From contig DATBHW010000016.1 in assembly GCA_036557285.1 (NCBI GenBank), forward strand, positions 6,995 to 70,994: 64,000 nucleotides of DNA, written 5' to 3'. The position numbers and the translations under genes were made by a program. Each line of letters starts with the position of its first letter. The first letter of the stretch is position 1. The notes under the pieces were generated by a model, which did no database searches, was not told the DNA's origin, and saw only the letters and a list, made by a program, of their open reading frames with translations. This document shows positions 44,886-54,190 of this stretch, piece after piece. The DNA comes from Ktedonobacterales bacterium (GTDB lineage: Bacteria; Chloroflexota; Ktedonobacteria; Ktedonobacterales; DATBGS01).

Positions 44886-46187
44886 CTAGCGGAGCAGGCG
44901 CTCTGGCAAATAACGCTGATGCGCCGCCGCCATCTCATCATAAAGCGCTTCTGCTGTATGCAGCGAGAACACCAATGGATGGCTCGCCAGCGCGCGAATC
45001 GCGTCAATGCGAGTTCCGCTCCAGGCGGACTCGGCAGTCAACGCCTGATATTCGCCAAGCATCTGCACCAGCCCGACCAGATGGCGCGGCATATGCCCTT
45101 GCATCAACGGAACAGCGCCATGACGATCTACAAACCCCGGAAGCTCGACCACCAGATCATCCGGGAAATCAGCGATGGCCCCCTGGTTGGGCACATTGAC
45201 ATATAACACTTCTTTACGGTCATTGTAGATGGCATCCATCGCATCAATGGCTAGTTCCAACTCGTGAATGCCTCCCCGCGAGCGCGTCGGATCGAGTTCT
45301 GGAGAATCTAGAGCGGCTTGTTCGCGGTAATGCGCCCAATAGTCTGGCACACTCGCCATAATATCTTGTGCGCGCGTGGTCGCTTTTGCTCGCTGTTCCG
45401 CCAGTACTTCTTCTCTGAAGTAATAATACTGGAAATAATGATTGGGCAGCGCATCCATCTGACAGGCCAAATCAATCATGCGCAGTTCATAGGCAGGCGT
45501 CTCAGGATCATGCAGCAGTTCCTCGCGCGCCCGGCGCAAGATGGGAATGAAATCGTGCCCATCGTACAGGTGACGCACGCTCCACGACCCGTGATTCAGC
45601 CCGATAGAAACGGCATCCAGCCTATCAGGGTCCAGACCAATCATCTCCGGGTAATCTCGATTGCTGGCAATCGGCCCCTCGCAGAGCGAGATGGTCGGGA
45701 TGGCCGTATGGTGTGTCACCGCTTCCGAAACAATATTGATCGGGTTGGTGTAATTAAAGAGGCGCGCATGGGGGCAGACCGCTTCCATATCGGCGATGAT
45801 GTCTTTCATCACATGAATGGAACGCAGCGCCATAAAGAAACCGCCTGGTCCCTGCGTCTCCTGGCCGATCACACCATGCTTGAGCGGAATACTTTCATCC
45901 AGATGACGCGCCTCGAACCCGCCAGGCCGGAAACTGGTCAGCACCGCGTTGCAATCGCGCAGGCCCGCGCGCCGATCTGTCGTCGTGGTAATCGTCAGGT
46001 CCAGCCCGCGCGCGCGCGCCATCTTGCAAGCAAGTGTTTGGACGACATCCAACCGATCCGGGTCAAGATCAATCAGCGACACTTCCGACCCGTTGAAGTT
46101 TTCGCCCTGCTGGACAAATGAGGCCATCGTGCCAGCAGCGCGGGTACTTCCTCCACCAATATACGCCAGTTTAATACGTGCCATCAC
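44886..46187 (-). CDS. glycoside hydrolase family 4 (NAD+/Mn2+-dependent 6-phospho-glycosidase/glycosidase)
   Basis: 'KLAYIGGGSTRAAG' N-terminal dinucleotide fold, 'NYTNPINIVSEAV' and 'SLCEGP' Cys motif, in the GH4 order. Confidence 0.85.
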   Translation of the reverse strand: MMARIKLAYIGGGSTRAAGTMASFVQQGENFNGSEVSLIDLDPDRLDVVQTLACKMARARGLDLTITTTTDRRAGLRDCNAVLTSFRPGGFEARHLDESIPLKHGVIGQETQGPGGFFMALRSIHVMKDIIADMEAVCPHARLFNYTNPINIVSEAVTHHTAIPTISLCEGPIASNRDYPEMIGLDPDRLDAVSIGLNHGSWSVRHLYDGHDFIPILRRAREELLHDPETPAYELRMIDLACQMDALPNHYFQYYYFREEVLAEQRAKATTRAQDIMASVPDYWAHYREQAALDSPELDPTRSRGGIHELELAIDAMDAIYNDRKEVLYVNVPNQGAIADFPDDLVVELPGFVDRHGAVPLMQGHMPRHLVGLVQMLGEYQALTAESAWSGTRIDAIRALASHPLVFSLHTAEALYDEMAAAHQRYLPERLLR

Positions 46188-46198
46188 CGTTTCTCTTT

Positions 46199-47290
46199 CT
46201 AAATATGGGTTGAAGCATCGCTACTCGTTGCCATGTTATTCTGTGCCTTCTGGAGCACAGCCGCTGCTCCTCCATCGCCATAGAGAAAGCAATGCGTCCA
46301 GTGTCCGTCCTCGAAGAGGGTACGTTCAGGAAAGCGTTCGCGGCAGACTGGCATGGCAAAGGGGCAGCGTGGATGAAAGCGGCAGCCGCTGGGTGGGTTG
46401 ATGAGGCTGGGAATCTCGCCGCGCGCAGGCAGCGACTTCACCTTGCCATCCGATTGCAGACTATCGGGGTCTGGCGCAGCGGAGAGCAGGAGTTGCGTAT
46501 AGGGGTGCTTTGGCCGCTGAATCACTTCTTCGCTCGGCCCTCCCTCCACCGTCTGCCCGGCATACATGACCAGCGTATCTTCAGCAAAATAGCGGGCGCT
46601 GGCAATATCATGCGTGATGAAGAGCAAAGCAAGCTGCTCCTCATCTTTCAGGCGCAGCATCAGGTTCAGGATGTCCAGGCGGATAGAGACATCCAGCATC
46701 GAAACCGGCTCGTCAGCAAGCAACACCTCTGGCCGCGCCGCCAGCGCGTGAGCGATAGCTACACGCTGGCGCTGGCCTCCGCTGAGCTGGTGCGGATATT
46801 TCTGAATAAATTGTTCGGCAGGGCTGAGGCTTACCCGATTAAGCAGCGCCAGAATCTGCTCGGTCTCCTCCTGTTTGCTGCGCGCGAGCTTGTGCAGCCG
46901 CAGCGGGCGCGACAGGTGATAGCGCACACTATGCACCGGATTGAGCGATGAAAAGGGATCCTGAAAGACCATCTGCACATGGCGCCGATAGGCGCGCAGG
47001 GCAGCGCCCTTCCCAGGTTTCACAGGTTCCCCTCGAAAGGTCATGATGCCAGAGGTCGGTTCATAGAGCCGCGCGAGCAGGCGAGCAATCGTGCTTTTGC
47101 CACTGCCGCTTTCCCCCACCAGCGCCAGCGCGCGGCCCGGATACAGCGCCAACGAGGTATTCTCGACAGCATGCACGACGTTCTGTCCACTAAAAAGCCT
47201 GACCTGCCGCAAAGGGAAATATTTACGTAAGTTTCGGGCTTCCAATACTGGCGACGAAGCGGAAAGCACGTCTGGCTGAGCAATCGTCAT
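46199..47290 (-). CDS. ABC transporter ATP-binding protein, Opp/Dpp F-type (only ATPase in the locus)
   Basis: Walker A 'GESGSGKST', signature 'LSGGQRQR', Walker B 'LLADEP', and a C-terminal oligopeptide-type Cys motif 'GCRFHPRCPFAMPVC'. Confidence 0.9.
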   Translation of the reverse strand: MTIAQPDVLSASSPVLEARNLRKYFPLRQVRLFSGQNVVHAVENTSLALYPGRALALVGESGSGKSTIARLLARLYEPTSGIMTFRGEPVKPGKGAALRAYRRHVQMVFQDPFSSLNPVHSVRYHLSRPLRLHKLARSKQEETEQILALLNRVSLSPAEQFIQKYPHQLSGGQRQRVAIAHALAARPEVLLADEPVSMLDVSIRLDILNLMLRLKDEEQLALLFITHDIASARYFAEDTLVMYAGQTVEGGPSEEVIQRPKHPYTQLLLSAAPDPDSLQSDGKVKSLPARGEIPSLINPPSGCRFHPRCPFAMPVCRERFPERTLFEDGHWTHCFLYGDGGAAAVLQKAQNNMATSSDASTHI

Positions 47291-48240
47291 TACGCCGCCT
47301 CCTCTACGGTAGCCCTACGCATCCCAAGTCGCTGCATTGCCTTGCGCAGCGCCAATTTCGGTGTGGATTCTTTGCGCAGCCGAGGGTTGGCAACCTCATC
47401 AATTCCAAAATTGAGATAGGCAAGTCCTGCGCCCAACAAGGCGATACACAGACCAGGCGGCAGGAACCACCACCAGGCCCCTTGCAGCAGCGCGCTGCCA
47501 TTCTGTGCAAAAAAGAGCATCACTCCCCAGCTAATCCCATTGAGATTGCCCAGACCAATATATTCCAGACCTGTCTCGGCCAGAATAGCATAAATAATCG
47601 TCCCCAGGAGTTCCGCCGCTACCAGCGCAATCTCGTTCGGAAAAATCTCGAAGAAGATGATACGCAGTGAACCTTCCCCCCTGGCGCGGGCAGCTTCTAC
47701 ATAGTCCCGGCTACACATCGAAAGCGTCTGCGCGCGCAAGACTCTTGCTCCCCAGGACCAACCGGTGACGATAATCACAATGCCCAGGGTCACGGTCCCA
47801 TTGAAGGGGAGGTAAACAGCCAGCAAGATAGCGAGCGGCAGCGTTGGAAGGACCAGGAACACATTCGTAGCTAGTTGGAACATCTCATCAATGACGCCTC
47901 CATAGTAGCCAGAGATCAGGCCAACCACCACCGAGAGGAGCGTTGTCAAGCCCCCCGCGATGAAGCCCAGCGCCACAGAGAAGCGCGCGCCCACGACTAC
48001 CTGAGCAAAGACATCCTGCCCGCTCAGCGTGGTACCCAGCCAATGGGCAGATGATGGTGGAACCAAAATATCGTCGGTAATCGCAATGGGGTCTTGTCGC
48101 ACAAAGAGCGGGCCAACCAGCGCGAGCAAAACAAAGAACCCGACAATACCAACCCCAAATGTCACCTTGCGATTCAGCGTTACCAGCCGCCAGAGGGTAT
48201 TCAGCCCCTGGGCAAAGGGCGAAGCTGTTTGTATCATCAT
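47290..48240 (-). CDS. ABC transporter permease (DppC/OppC type)
   Basis: 6-helix permease. Tandem ATG ATG at 48240/48237 is preceded by AAGGAGG. 1-nt overlap (TAATG) with the ATPase gene. Confidence 0.9.
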   Translation of the reverse strand: MMIQTASPFAQGLNTLWRLVTLNRKVTFGVGIVGFFVLLALVGPLFVRQDPIAITDDILVPPSSAHWLGTTLSGQDVFAQVVVGARFSVALGFIAGGLTTLLSVVVGLISGYYGGVIDEMFQLATNVFLVLPTLPLAILLAVYLPFNGTVTLGIVIIVTGWSWGARVLRAQTLSMCSRDYVEAARARGEGSLRIIFFEIFPNEIALVAAELLGTIIYAILAETGLEYIGLGNLNGISWGVMLFFAQNGSALLQGAWWWFLPPGLCIALLGAGLAYLNFGIDEVANPRLRKESTPKLALRKAMQRLGMRRATVEEAA

Positions 48241-48247
48241 TCCCTCC

Positions 48248-49228
48248 TTACTGGCGTACTCGCGGATCAAGAACGACATAGAGCAGATCGGACAGGAAAT
48301 TGGCGGCCAGCACCGCGATGGCAATGACCAGAAAGAGACCCTGGATCAGAGCAAAGTCTTTATTATTGACAGCTACCAGGAACGCATAGCCAATGCCCGG
48401 ATAATTAAAAACAATTTCTGTCAGCAAAGCGCCGCTGACCACAAAACCAAGTGAGAGCGCGAAGCTGGTGATATTTGGCAAGATCGCATTGCGCGCCGCG
48501 TACACAAACATGATGCGCCGGTCTGGCAGACCTTTCGCTTCAGCCATCAGAACATAATCTTCAGAGAGCGTGGTAATCATCATGTTGCGCATTCCCAGCA
48601 GCCAACCGGCAATAGAACTTACGATGATGGTGATGGCTGGTAAGATCGCATGCTCAATGGCGCTGAGGATAAAGGTCATATTCCAGCCAGGCACGGTGTT
48701 ATCTATGTCATAGCCGCCCAGGGTAGGAAACCAGTTAAGGAGAAAACCAAAGACGTAGAGAATAATCAGCGCAAACCAGAAATAGGGAATAGCTGAGAGA
48801 AACGTGAATACCGGCGGGAAGATCGTATCCATCGCTTTGCCACGCCGCCAGGCGACAATGACACCCAGGAACGTCCCCAAGGCAAAACTGATAACCAGCG
48901 TAACACCCACCAGCATCAGTGTCCAGGGAAGGTCTTGGGCAATAATCTTGGAGACAGGTGTGGGCAAATAGGTAATCGAGGCGCCCAGGTCGCCATGCGC
49001 CAGGTTGTTAAGGTACTGGAGGTATTGTGTCCACAACGAGTCATGGTTATTGACACCCAGCAGCACCTCCAGCGAATGGATCGTCTGGGGGCCGACCCTG
49101 CCATGCAGACGAGCTATCAGCGCCCGCACAGGGTCGCCGGGCGAAAGACGCGGTAAGAGAAAATTGAGCGTCACCGAAACCCAGAGCGCGACCAGATAAA
49201 AAAGAAGACGGCGTAGCAGGTGGCGCAT
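48248..49228 (-). CDS. ABC transporter permease (DppB/OppB type)
   Basis: 'MRHLLRRLLFYLVALWVSVTLNFLLPRLSPGDP' is the canonical DppB N-terminus. I chose the ATG at 49228 with AAGGAGGG upstream; the track ORF extends to 49456. Confidence 0.9.
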   Translation of the reverse strand: MRHLLRRLLFYLVALWVSVTLNFLLPRLSPGDPVRALIARLHGRVGPQTIHSLEVLLGVNNHDSLWTQYLQYLNNLAHGDLGASITYLPTPVSKIIAQDLPWTLMLVGVTLVISFALGTFLGVIVAWRRGKAMDTIFPPVFTFLSAIPYFWFALIILYVFGFLLNWFPTLGGYDIDNTVPGWNMTFILSAIEHAILPAITIIVSSIAGWLLGMRNMMITTLSEDYVLMAEAKGLPDRRIMFVYAARNAILPNITSFALSLGFVVSGALLTEIVFNYPGIGYAFLVAVNNKDFALIQGLFLVIAIAVLAANFLSDLLYVVLDPRVRQ

Positions 49229-49257
49229 CCCGACCCTCCTTAGCGAAGTAGTGATGC

Positions 49258-49295
49258 GAGGGGGATAACGGGAAACCGGGAGCGTTATCCCCCTC
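49258..49295 (-). promoter_or_regulatory. intercistronic stem-loop between the binding-protein and permease genes
   Basis: 13-bp perfect stem (gagggggataacg / cgttatccccctc) with a 12-nt loop and no U-tract. Confidence 0.45.
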
Positions 49296-49319
49296 TGTAG
49301 AACGAAGGGAAAACTGTCG

Positions 49320-51011
49320 CTAAGAAGCCGGTTGCAGGTGCAACAGGACGATCTCACTGTCCGGGTATTGATACGGGGAAGGCAAGGCGTAGGCGTTTTT
49401 CTCGTCGGGCCATCCGGTGAAGTTGGTACTGTTGTACTCATACCAGTATGGCTCATTTGTCAGCGGAATGGCTGGCATCTGCTCAACCATGATTTTCTGA
49501 ATCCCAGAGATCGCTTGCTGCTGAACAGCAGGGTCGCGGGAAGTGATGAACTGATTCAGCAATTGATCTGTGGTCGGGTCTATCCAGCGTTCCCAATCAC
49601 CATTCGCTGATTCTCCAATGGGCGCTGAGTTTGTGGAGAGCAAAAGCGAGGAATACAGGTTGTAGGGCGACGGCCCAGCGTAGGTTCCTTGCATGGAGAT
49701 TTCGTAATCGCCATTCGCTACATCGGTATAGAAAGCGTCTTCCGAGACTGTTTTGACCTTGAGTTCAATGCCGATAGCCTTGAGATCGCTTGCTATGACC
49801 GGAGCGCCTGCCACCCAATCCGAGTACCCCCCTGGTATCTCGAAGGAGTATGACATTCTGTGTCCTGCTGAATCAACATAGATGCCATCCGACCCTTTGT
49901 GGAAGCCAGCGCCTTCAAGCAATTGGATGGCCTTGGCAGTGTCCACCGTGAACTTGAGGTCTTTGTAGGCAGGGTCAAGGTATTTCTGGTCAACCGGTAA
50001 GAGGCCGGTGGGGTGGGCTGGAGTTTCATAGCCGCTTTCGGCGATCTTGGACCACTTATCGCGGTCAATTGCCAGGCTAATCGCCTGCCTAACCGCAACC
50101 TGATCGAAAGGCGCCTTCGTCAGGTTCACCAGAATGTACAACACGTCGCTGGGCGGGAACCAGAAGTGATTGTGAACCGGGTCGCGCTTCACAAACGTGT
50201 TTTGCAGGTTGGGGGCGTAAATGCTGTTCCAATCAACCTTTCCCTGATCCATTGCCAGCTCTGCCGTCGAATTGTCCTTGTACGCCGGGAAGCGAATCTC
50301 TTGCACTTTCGGCAAGCCCGGCTGCCAGTAGTTGGGGTTCTTCTTCATCTTGACAAGTTGGGGGGTGAATGACTCGACCATAAATGGCCCTGTGCCGACT
50401 GGTTGGGTATCGGCATACGTGGTCGGGTCCGCAATCGTAGACCAGATATGTTCGGGTACCATCCAGGTCTGCCCACCCACCGAGAACAGGGCGTCATCGT
50501 TCGGGCTGGCTAACGTGACCACAACCGTATTGTCGTCAGGCGCGCTGACATTACTGAGTATCGGTTGTGACCATAAGCCGTTCGTATCCAGGGCATCATA
50601 TTTCTTGAGGAGATTGAGTGTAAACACCACATCCTTGCTGGTGAACGGCTTCCCATCTGACCAATTCACACCCTGGTGCAGGTTAAACGTGATTTGCAAG
50701 CCATCGCTGGAGACCGAATAACTTGAGGCGAGCATACCCGTGTACTTGCCATCGAATCGATTAAAAAAGAGCAGAGTCTCGTAGAGCGTACCTTCCGATG
50801 AAGCAACGACGTTCGATGTGGCATCAAAAAACGGATTGAAGTTCTCGGTCCAACTGTCGGTCTGATTTGCCACAATGGTCAAGTAGCTGCGAGTCGGCCC
50901 CTTATTCCCTGGGTTCCCACAGCCGGCCAGCAGCATCGAGAATGCGACCAGCAGCACCAGGAATACCGATCTTTTCCTGATACCAGGGGAAGGACGGGGA
51001 TGATACATCAT
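49320..51011 (-). CDS. ABC substrate-binding lipoprotein, family 5 (peptide/oligosaccharide type)
   Basis: Signal peptide with the lipobox 'MLLAGC'. About 560 aa with a family-5 SBP pattern. ATGA overlap with the LacI gene. Confidence 0.9.
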   Translation of the reverse strand: MMYHPRPSPGIRKRSVFLVLLVAFSMLLAGCGNPGNKGPTRSYLTIVANQTDSWTENFNPFFDATSNVVASSEGTLYETLLFFNRFDGKYTGMLASSYSVSSDGLQITFNLHQGVNWSDGKPFTSKDVVFTLNLLKKYDALDTNGLWSQPILSNVSAPDDNTVVVTLASPNDDALFSVGGQTWMVPEHIWSTIADPTTYADTQPVGTGPFMVESFTPQLVKMKKNPNYWQPGLPKVQEIRFPAYKDNSTAELAMDQGKVDWNSIYAPNLQNTFVKRDPVHNHFWFPPSDVLYILVNLTKAPFDQVAVRQAISLAIDRDKWSKIAESGYETPAHPTGLLPVDQKYLDPAYKDLKFTVDTAKAIQLLEGAGFHKGSDGIYVDSAGHRMSYSFEIPGGYSDWVAGAPVIASDLKAIGIELKVKTVSEDAFYTDVANGDYEISMQGTYAGPSPYNLYSSLLLSTNSAPIGESANGDWERWIDPTTDQLLNQFITSRDPAVQQQAISGIQKIMVEQMPAIPLTNEPYWYEYNSTNFTGWPDEKNAYALPSPYQYPDSEIVLLHLQPAS

Positions 51012-52147
51012 TGAGTGCCTCCCATTGTTGAATTACTATGCTGCCAATCAACGTGGTAAATCGCTCCACAGGATTCGCGCACGATAAGACTGGTTGGAAG
51101 TTCGATGCGGATGGGCTGAGTGGGCCTACTCAGCCCATCCGCATCTGTCCTGCGTGGTTTGTTCACAAGTGATTGCCCATCATGAGGGGATTCCTCTGGG
51201 GGAAGGACTAGCGAGAGTAAAAGTTCAATCCCCTGCCGCCCCATCTCAAACGAAGGTTGCCTGATCGTCGTGAGAGGTGGGCGAACATGCGCAGACGGGG
51301 CGTCGTCATCAAAGCCAACCAACGCAACATCTTTGGGCACTAGCAGACCATACTCATCAGCAGCCACCAGGACGCCATAGGCCATTTGATCGGTTGCGGC
51401 AAAGATAGCCGTAGGCCGTTTCTCTGGCGGAAGCGCAAAAAGCTTGCTGGCACAGGCGCGCCCGGAAGGAGGCAGAAAATCACCCTCAAGCACAAGCTCA
51501 GGATCAGGAGTAATGCCTGCTTCTTGCAGTGCCCGCAGATAGCCCGCATGGCGATCATGGGAGGCCAAATACTCGGGTGGCCCTTGAATATGTGCGATAC
51601 GCCGATGGCCGAGATTGATAAGGTGGCGTACCGCCATATACGCGCCGGTTACATTGTCTGGCCGCACCCAAGAGGCACTATGTTCGGACTGATCATCAAT
51701 CACTACCACAGGCAGCCCCTGCTGATAGAGCCGCGTCAAGAGTGATGTAGCGCGACTGGGGAAGACGGCCAGGATTCCAGCCGTCAGGTGTGTCGCCAGC
51801 AGGCGGTTGATGATGTCGCTGCGGTTTTTGTCGAAATCTTCATCATTAAACGTGTAGAGAACGAGTTCGTAAGCTGTATTGTTGACAACCTCAGCAATTC
51901 CACGCATCAACTCAGGAATCATGGACCAGCTGAACGAGGGAACCAGCATACCGATCAGGCGGCTCTGGCCGCCCGCCAACCCGGCAGCCGTGATGCTGGG
52001 GACAAAACCCTCCCGCTCGATAATCGCCAGGACGCGCTCCCGCGTCTCCGAATCAACATCTGGTCGGTGATTCAGCACCCGTGAAACGGTAGTCCGCGAG
52101 ACGCCTGCCAACCGGGCAATATCGATGATCGTAACCTTCTTTGCCAT
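51008..52147 (-). CDS. LacI-family transcriptional regulator
   Basis: 'VTIIDIARLAGVSRTTVSRVLN' HTH and a periplasmic-binding-like core. GAAGGGG SD upstream. Confidence 0.9.
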   Translation of the reverse strand: MAKKVTIIDIARLAGVSRTTVSRVLNHRPDVDSETRERVLAIIEREGFVPSITAAGLAGGQSRLIGMLVPSFSWSMIPELMRGIAEVVNNTAYELVLYTFNDEDFDKNRSDIINRLLATHLTAGILAVFPSRATSLLTRLYQQGLPVVVIDDQSEHSASWVRPDNVTGAYMAVRHLINLGHRRIAHIQGPPEYLASHDRHAGYLRALQEAGITPDPELVLEGDFLPPSGRACASKLFALPPEKRPTAIFAATDQMAYGVLVAADEYGLLVPKDVALVGFDDDAPSAHVRPPLTTIRQPSFEMGRQGIELLLSLVLPPEESPHDGQSLVNKPRRTDADGLSRPTQPIRIELPTSLIVRESCGAIYHVDWQHSNSTMGGTQ

Positions 52148-52171
52148 CGGACCCCTTCTATGTCAGGCAGT

Positions 52172-52219
52172 TTGCTTGTGAACGATTCCGGAAACGATTC
52201 CGGAATCGTTCACAAGCAA
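52172..52219. promoter_or_regulatory. 20-bp perfect inverted repeat; candidate LacI-family operator
   Basis: TTGCTTGTGAACGATTCCGG (52172-52191) / CCGGAATCGTTCACAAGCAA (52200-52219) with an 8-nt spacer. Contains a direct 12-mer duplication AACGATTCCGGA x2. It abuts the -10 of the promoter below. Confidence 0.5.
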
Positions 52220-52246
52220 GTATACCAGAAACTACACAGAAGTCAA
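52219..52246 (-). promoter_or_regulatory. sigma70-type promoter of the LacI-ABC operon
   Basis: Minus strand: TTGACT (52246-52241), 16-nt spacer, TATACT (52224-52219), immediately upstream of the inverted repeat. Confidence 0.5.
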
Positions 52247-52263
52247 GGTGTATTTCGGCAATT

Positions 52264-54132
52264 TTAATCGCCGCTGCGGAGAGGCGCGCGTAGATGCGTA
52301 TCAAGAAAGCGCGCAATAGCCGGATAGACGATCAGATGCGTTGAGCGTTTCGTGAACTGGTGCCCCTCATCATCGAAGCGCAGATACTCCACCGGCACAT
52401 TCCTGCGGCGCAGGGCTTCCACCATCTGTTCCGCCTCGCTGACCGGCACGCGCGGATCGTTTGCGCCATGCGCCACGAAGAGCGGCGCGGTAATCCGATC
52501 TACAGCGTGAATAGGCGAGATGTGTTCCAGAAAATCGCGGTCCCGTTCCAGGCTGCCATATTCAGCCTCGCGCAGCTTGCGCCGCCAGGGTCCAGTGTTT
52601 TCCAGAAATGTCACGAAGTTAGCAATGCCCACCAACTCGACGCCTGCCGCCCACACCTCTGGAGAGGTGGTCAGCAGGGAAAGAACCATGAAGCCGCCAT
52701 AGCTGCGCCCCATCACCGCAATCCGCTGTGGATCAGCAATGCCCTGCTCTGCCAGCCAGCGCGCCGCTGGCGGCAAATCGGCCACAGAATCCATACGCAG
52801 CCGCACATCATCCAGGCTCTGATATTCGTACCCATAGCCAGTGCTGCCGCGCACGTTGGGCGCAAGCACGACAAAGCCTGAGCCAACCAGATACTGAATC
52901 ACCGAGTTATAGTTTGATGAGTTTGGGCGGAACTGGCCTTCTGGCCCGCCATGCACATAGACAATCGCTGGCAGCCTGCGCGCTTCCATATCTTGCGGCA
53001 GATAGAGAAAGGCCGGAATCTGGCGGCCATCAAACGTCGGGTAATGGACCAGCGCGGGCGCTACCAGATGTTCGCGCGCAATACCGCCGCGCGCGCTGCG
53101 AGTGGCGCGCCAGAGTCTTGTTTCGGCAACATCCCACACCCAGACATCAGGCGCGTCATCGGCGGTATCCAGCGTGAAAGCCAGCCGCGCGCCATCGGGC
53201 GACCACTTCAGATCATGGATCGTGCAGGCTGGCAATGTCGGTGTTGGTAAGCTGCGCCGCTCTGCCCAGCCTGCCGCAGCATCAACGATCTCCAGCCGCG
53301 AATACCCCTCCTCATTTGTCACCAGCGCCAGGCGAGTGCCATCATCGCTCACCGCCAGTTCCTCAGTATCCCAGGATATATCGCGCAGAAACGTCATCTC
53401 TGTCGTTACCAGGTCAAGCCACGCCAGCGAGAGATAGCTGCGATTGCGGTCACTTAAGAGATAGAGTCCTCGGCCATCTGCTGACCAGGCCGCCTCAACA
53501 TGGCTGGCGGGGCCATCCCCAATCTCCGGCGTCAGCGGGCGCGCCTCGCCGCTTTCAATGTCCAGCAGCAGCAGTTGATTGCGGATATTGGACTCGACTC
53601 GGCTGATCAGGAGCGAACGCCCATCAGGCGCATAGCGCACCGGATGATTCGTCCCATCGTGGCGCAGGATAAGCCTGGGCGAACCACCCGCGAGCGTCTG
53701 CTCGTACACATCGAAGAAACGCGGATCGCGCGCATTGCTGGCAAAGGCGATCTTCATCCCATCGGGCGACCAGCCCCCAAACTCGTGAATGATCTCAGGG
53801 GCTGAGGTCAGCGGCCTTACCGTTCCGCTCTCAGCCTCAAGCAGCCAGAGCTGCGTATGTTCGTTGCCGCCGACATCTCCGGCCACCAGGATCGTTTCAT
53901 CTGTTGGCGAGTAGGCTGCCCTGGAAGCGCGCTCGCCGCGAAACGTAAGCTGCTCAGGCCAGGCAGAAACCGGCGCATGCACATCAACTGGAATCCTCCA
54001 AACCTCGGCCACACCCGTAATATCGGTAAGAAAAGTGAGCCGCTGCCCATCTGGCGAAAAGCTCGCTCCAGACGCCGAGCGTATATTGAGATAGCTCTCA
54101 AAACCGTAACGCGAGTTCCGGGTAGTCTCCAT
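52264..54132 (-). CDS. S9-family serine peptidase (prolyl oligopeptidase / acylaminoacyl peptidase type)
   Basis: N-terminal beta-propeller-like repeats. C-terminal 'MGRSYGGFM' GxSxGG nucleophile, 'AHGANDPRV' Asp and 'DEGHQF' His. The start is ATG 54132 or GTG 54168. Confidence 0.85.
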   Translation of the reverse strand: METTRNSRYGFESYLNIRSASGASFSPDGQRLTFLTDITGVAEVWRIPVDVHAPVSAWPEQLTFRGERASRAAYSPTDETILVAGDVGGNEHTQLWLLEAESGTVRPLTSAPEIIHEFGGWSPDGMKIAFASNARDPRFFDVYEQTLAGGSPRLILRHDGTNHPVRYAPDGRSLLISRVESNIRNQLLLLDIESGEARPLTPEIGDGPASHVEAAWSADGRGLYLLSDRNRSYLSLAWLDLVTTEMTFLRDISWDTEELAVSDDGTRLALVTNEEGYSRLEIVDAAAGWAERRSLPTPTLPACTIHDLKWSPDGARLAFTLDTADDAPDVWVWDVAETRLWRATRSARGGIAREHLVAPALVHYPTFDGRQIPAFLYLPQDMEARRLPAIVYVHGGPEGQFRPNSSNYNSVIQYLVGSGFVVLAPNVRGSTGYGYEYQSLDDVRLRMDSVADLPPAARWLAEQGIADPQRIAVMGRSYGGFMVLSLLTTSPEVWAAGVELVGIANFVTFLENTGPWRRKLREAEYGSLERDRDFLEHISPIHAVDRITAPLFVAHGANDPRVPVSEAEQMVEALRRRNVPVEYLRFDDEGHQFTKRSTHLIVYPAIARFLDTHLRAPLRSGD

Positions 54133-54157
54133 GTTCCTTAACGCCTTTCCTGCTCTG

Positions 54158-54190
54158 AATAAAACCACTGCTTCTTGATCTAAGAAGCAG
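54158..54190 (-). terminator. possible terminator/attenuator hairpin after the monooxygenase gene
   Basis: 9-bp stem (cugcuucuu / aagaagcag) with a 5-nt loop containing the stop codon, followed by UGGUUUUAUU. The next start codon is only about 25 nt away, so the function is uncertain. Confidence 0.3.
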
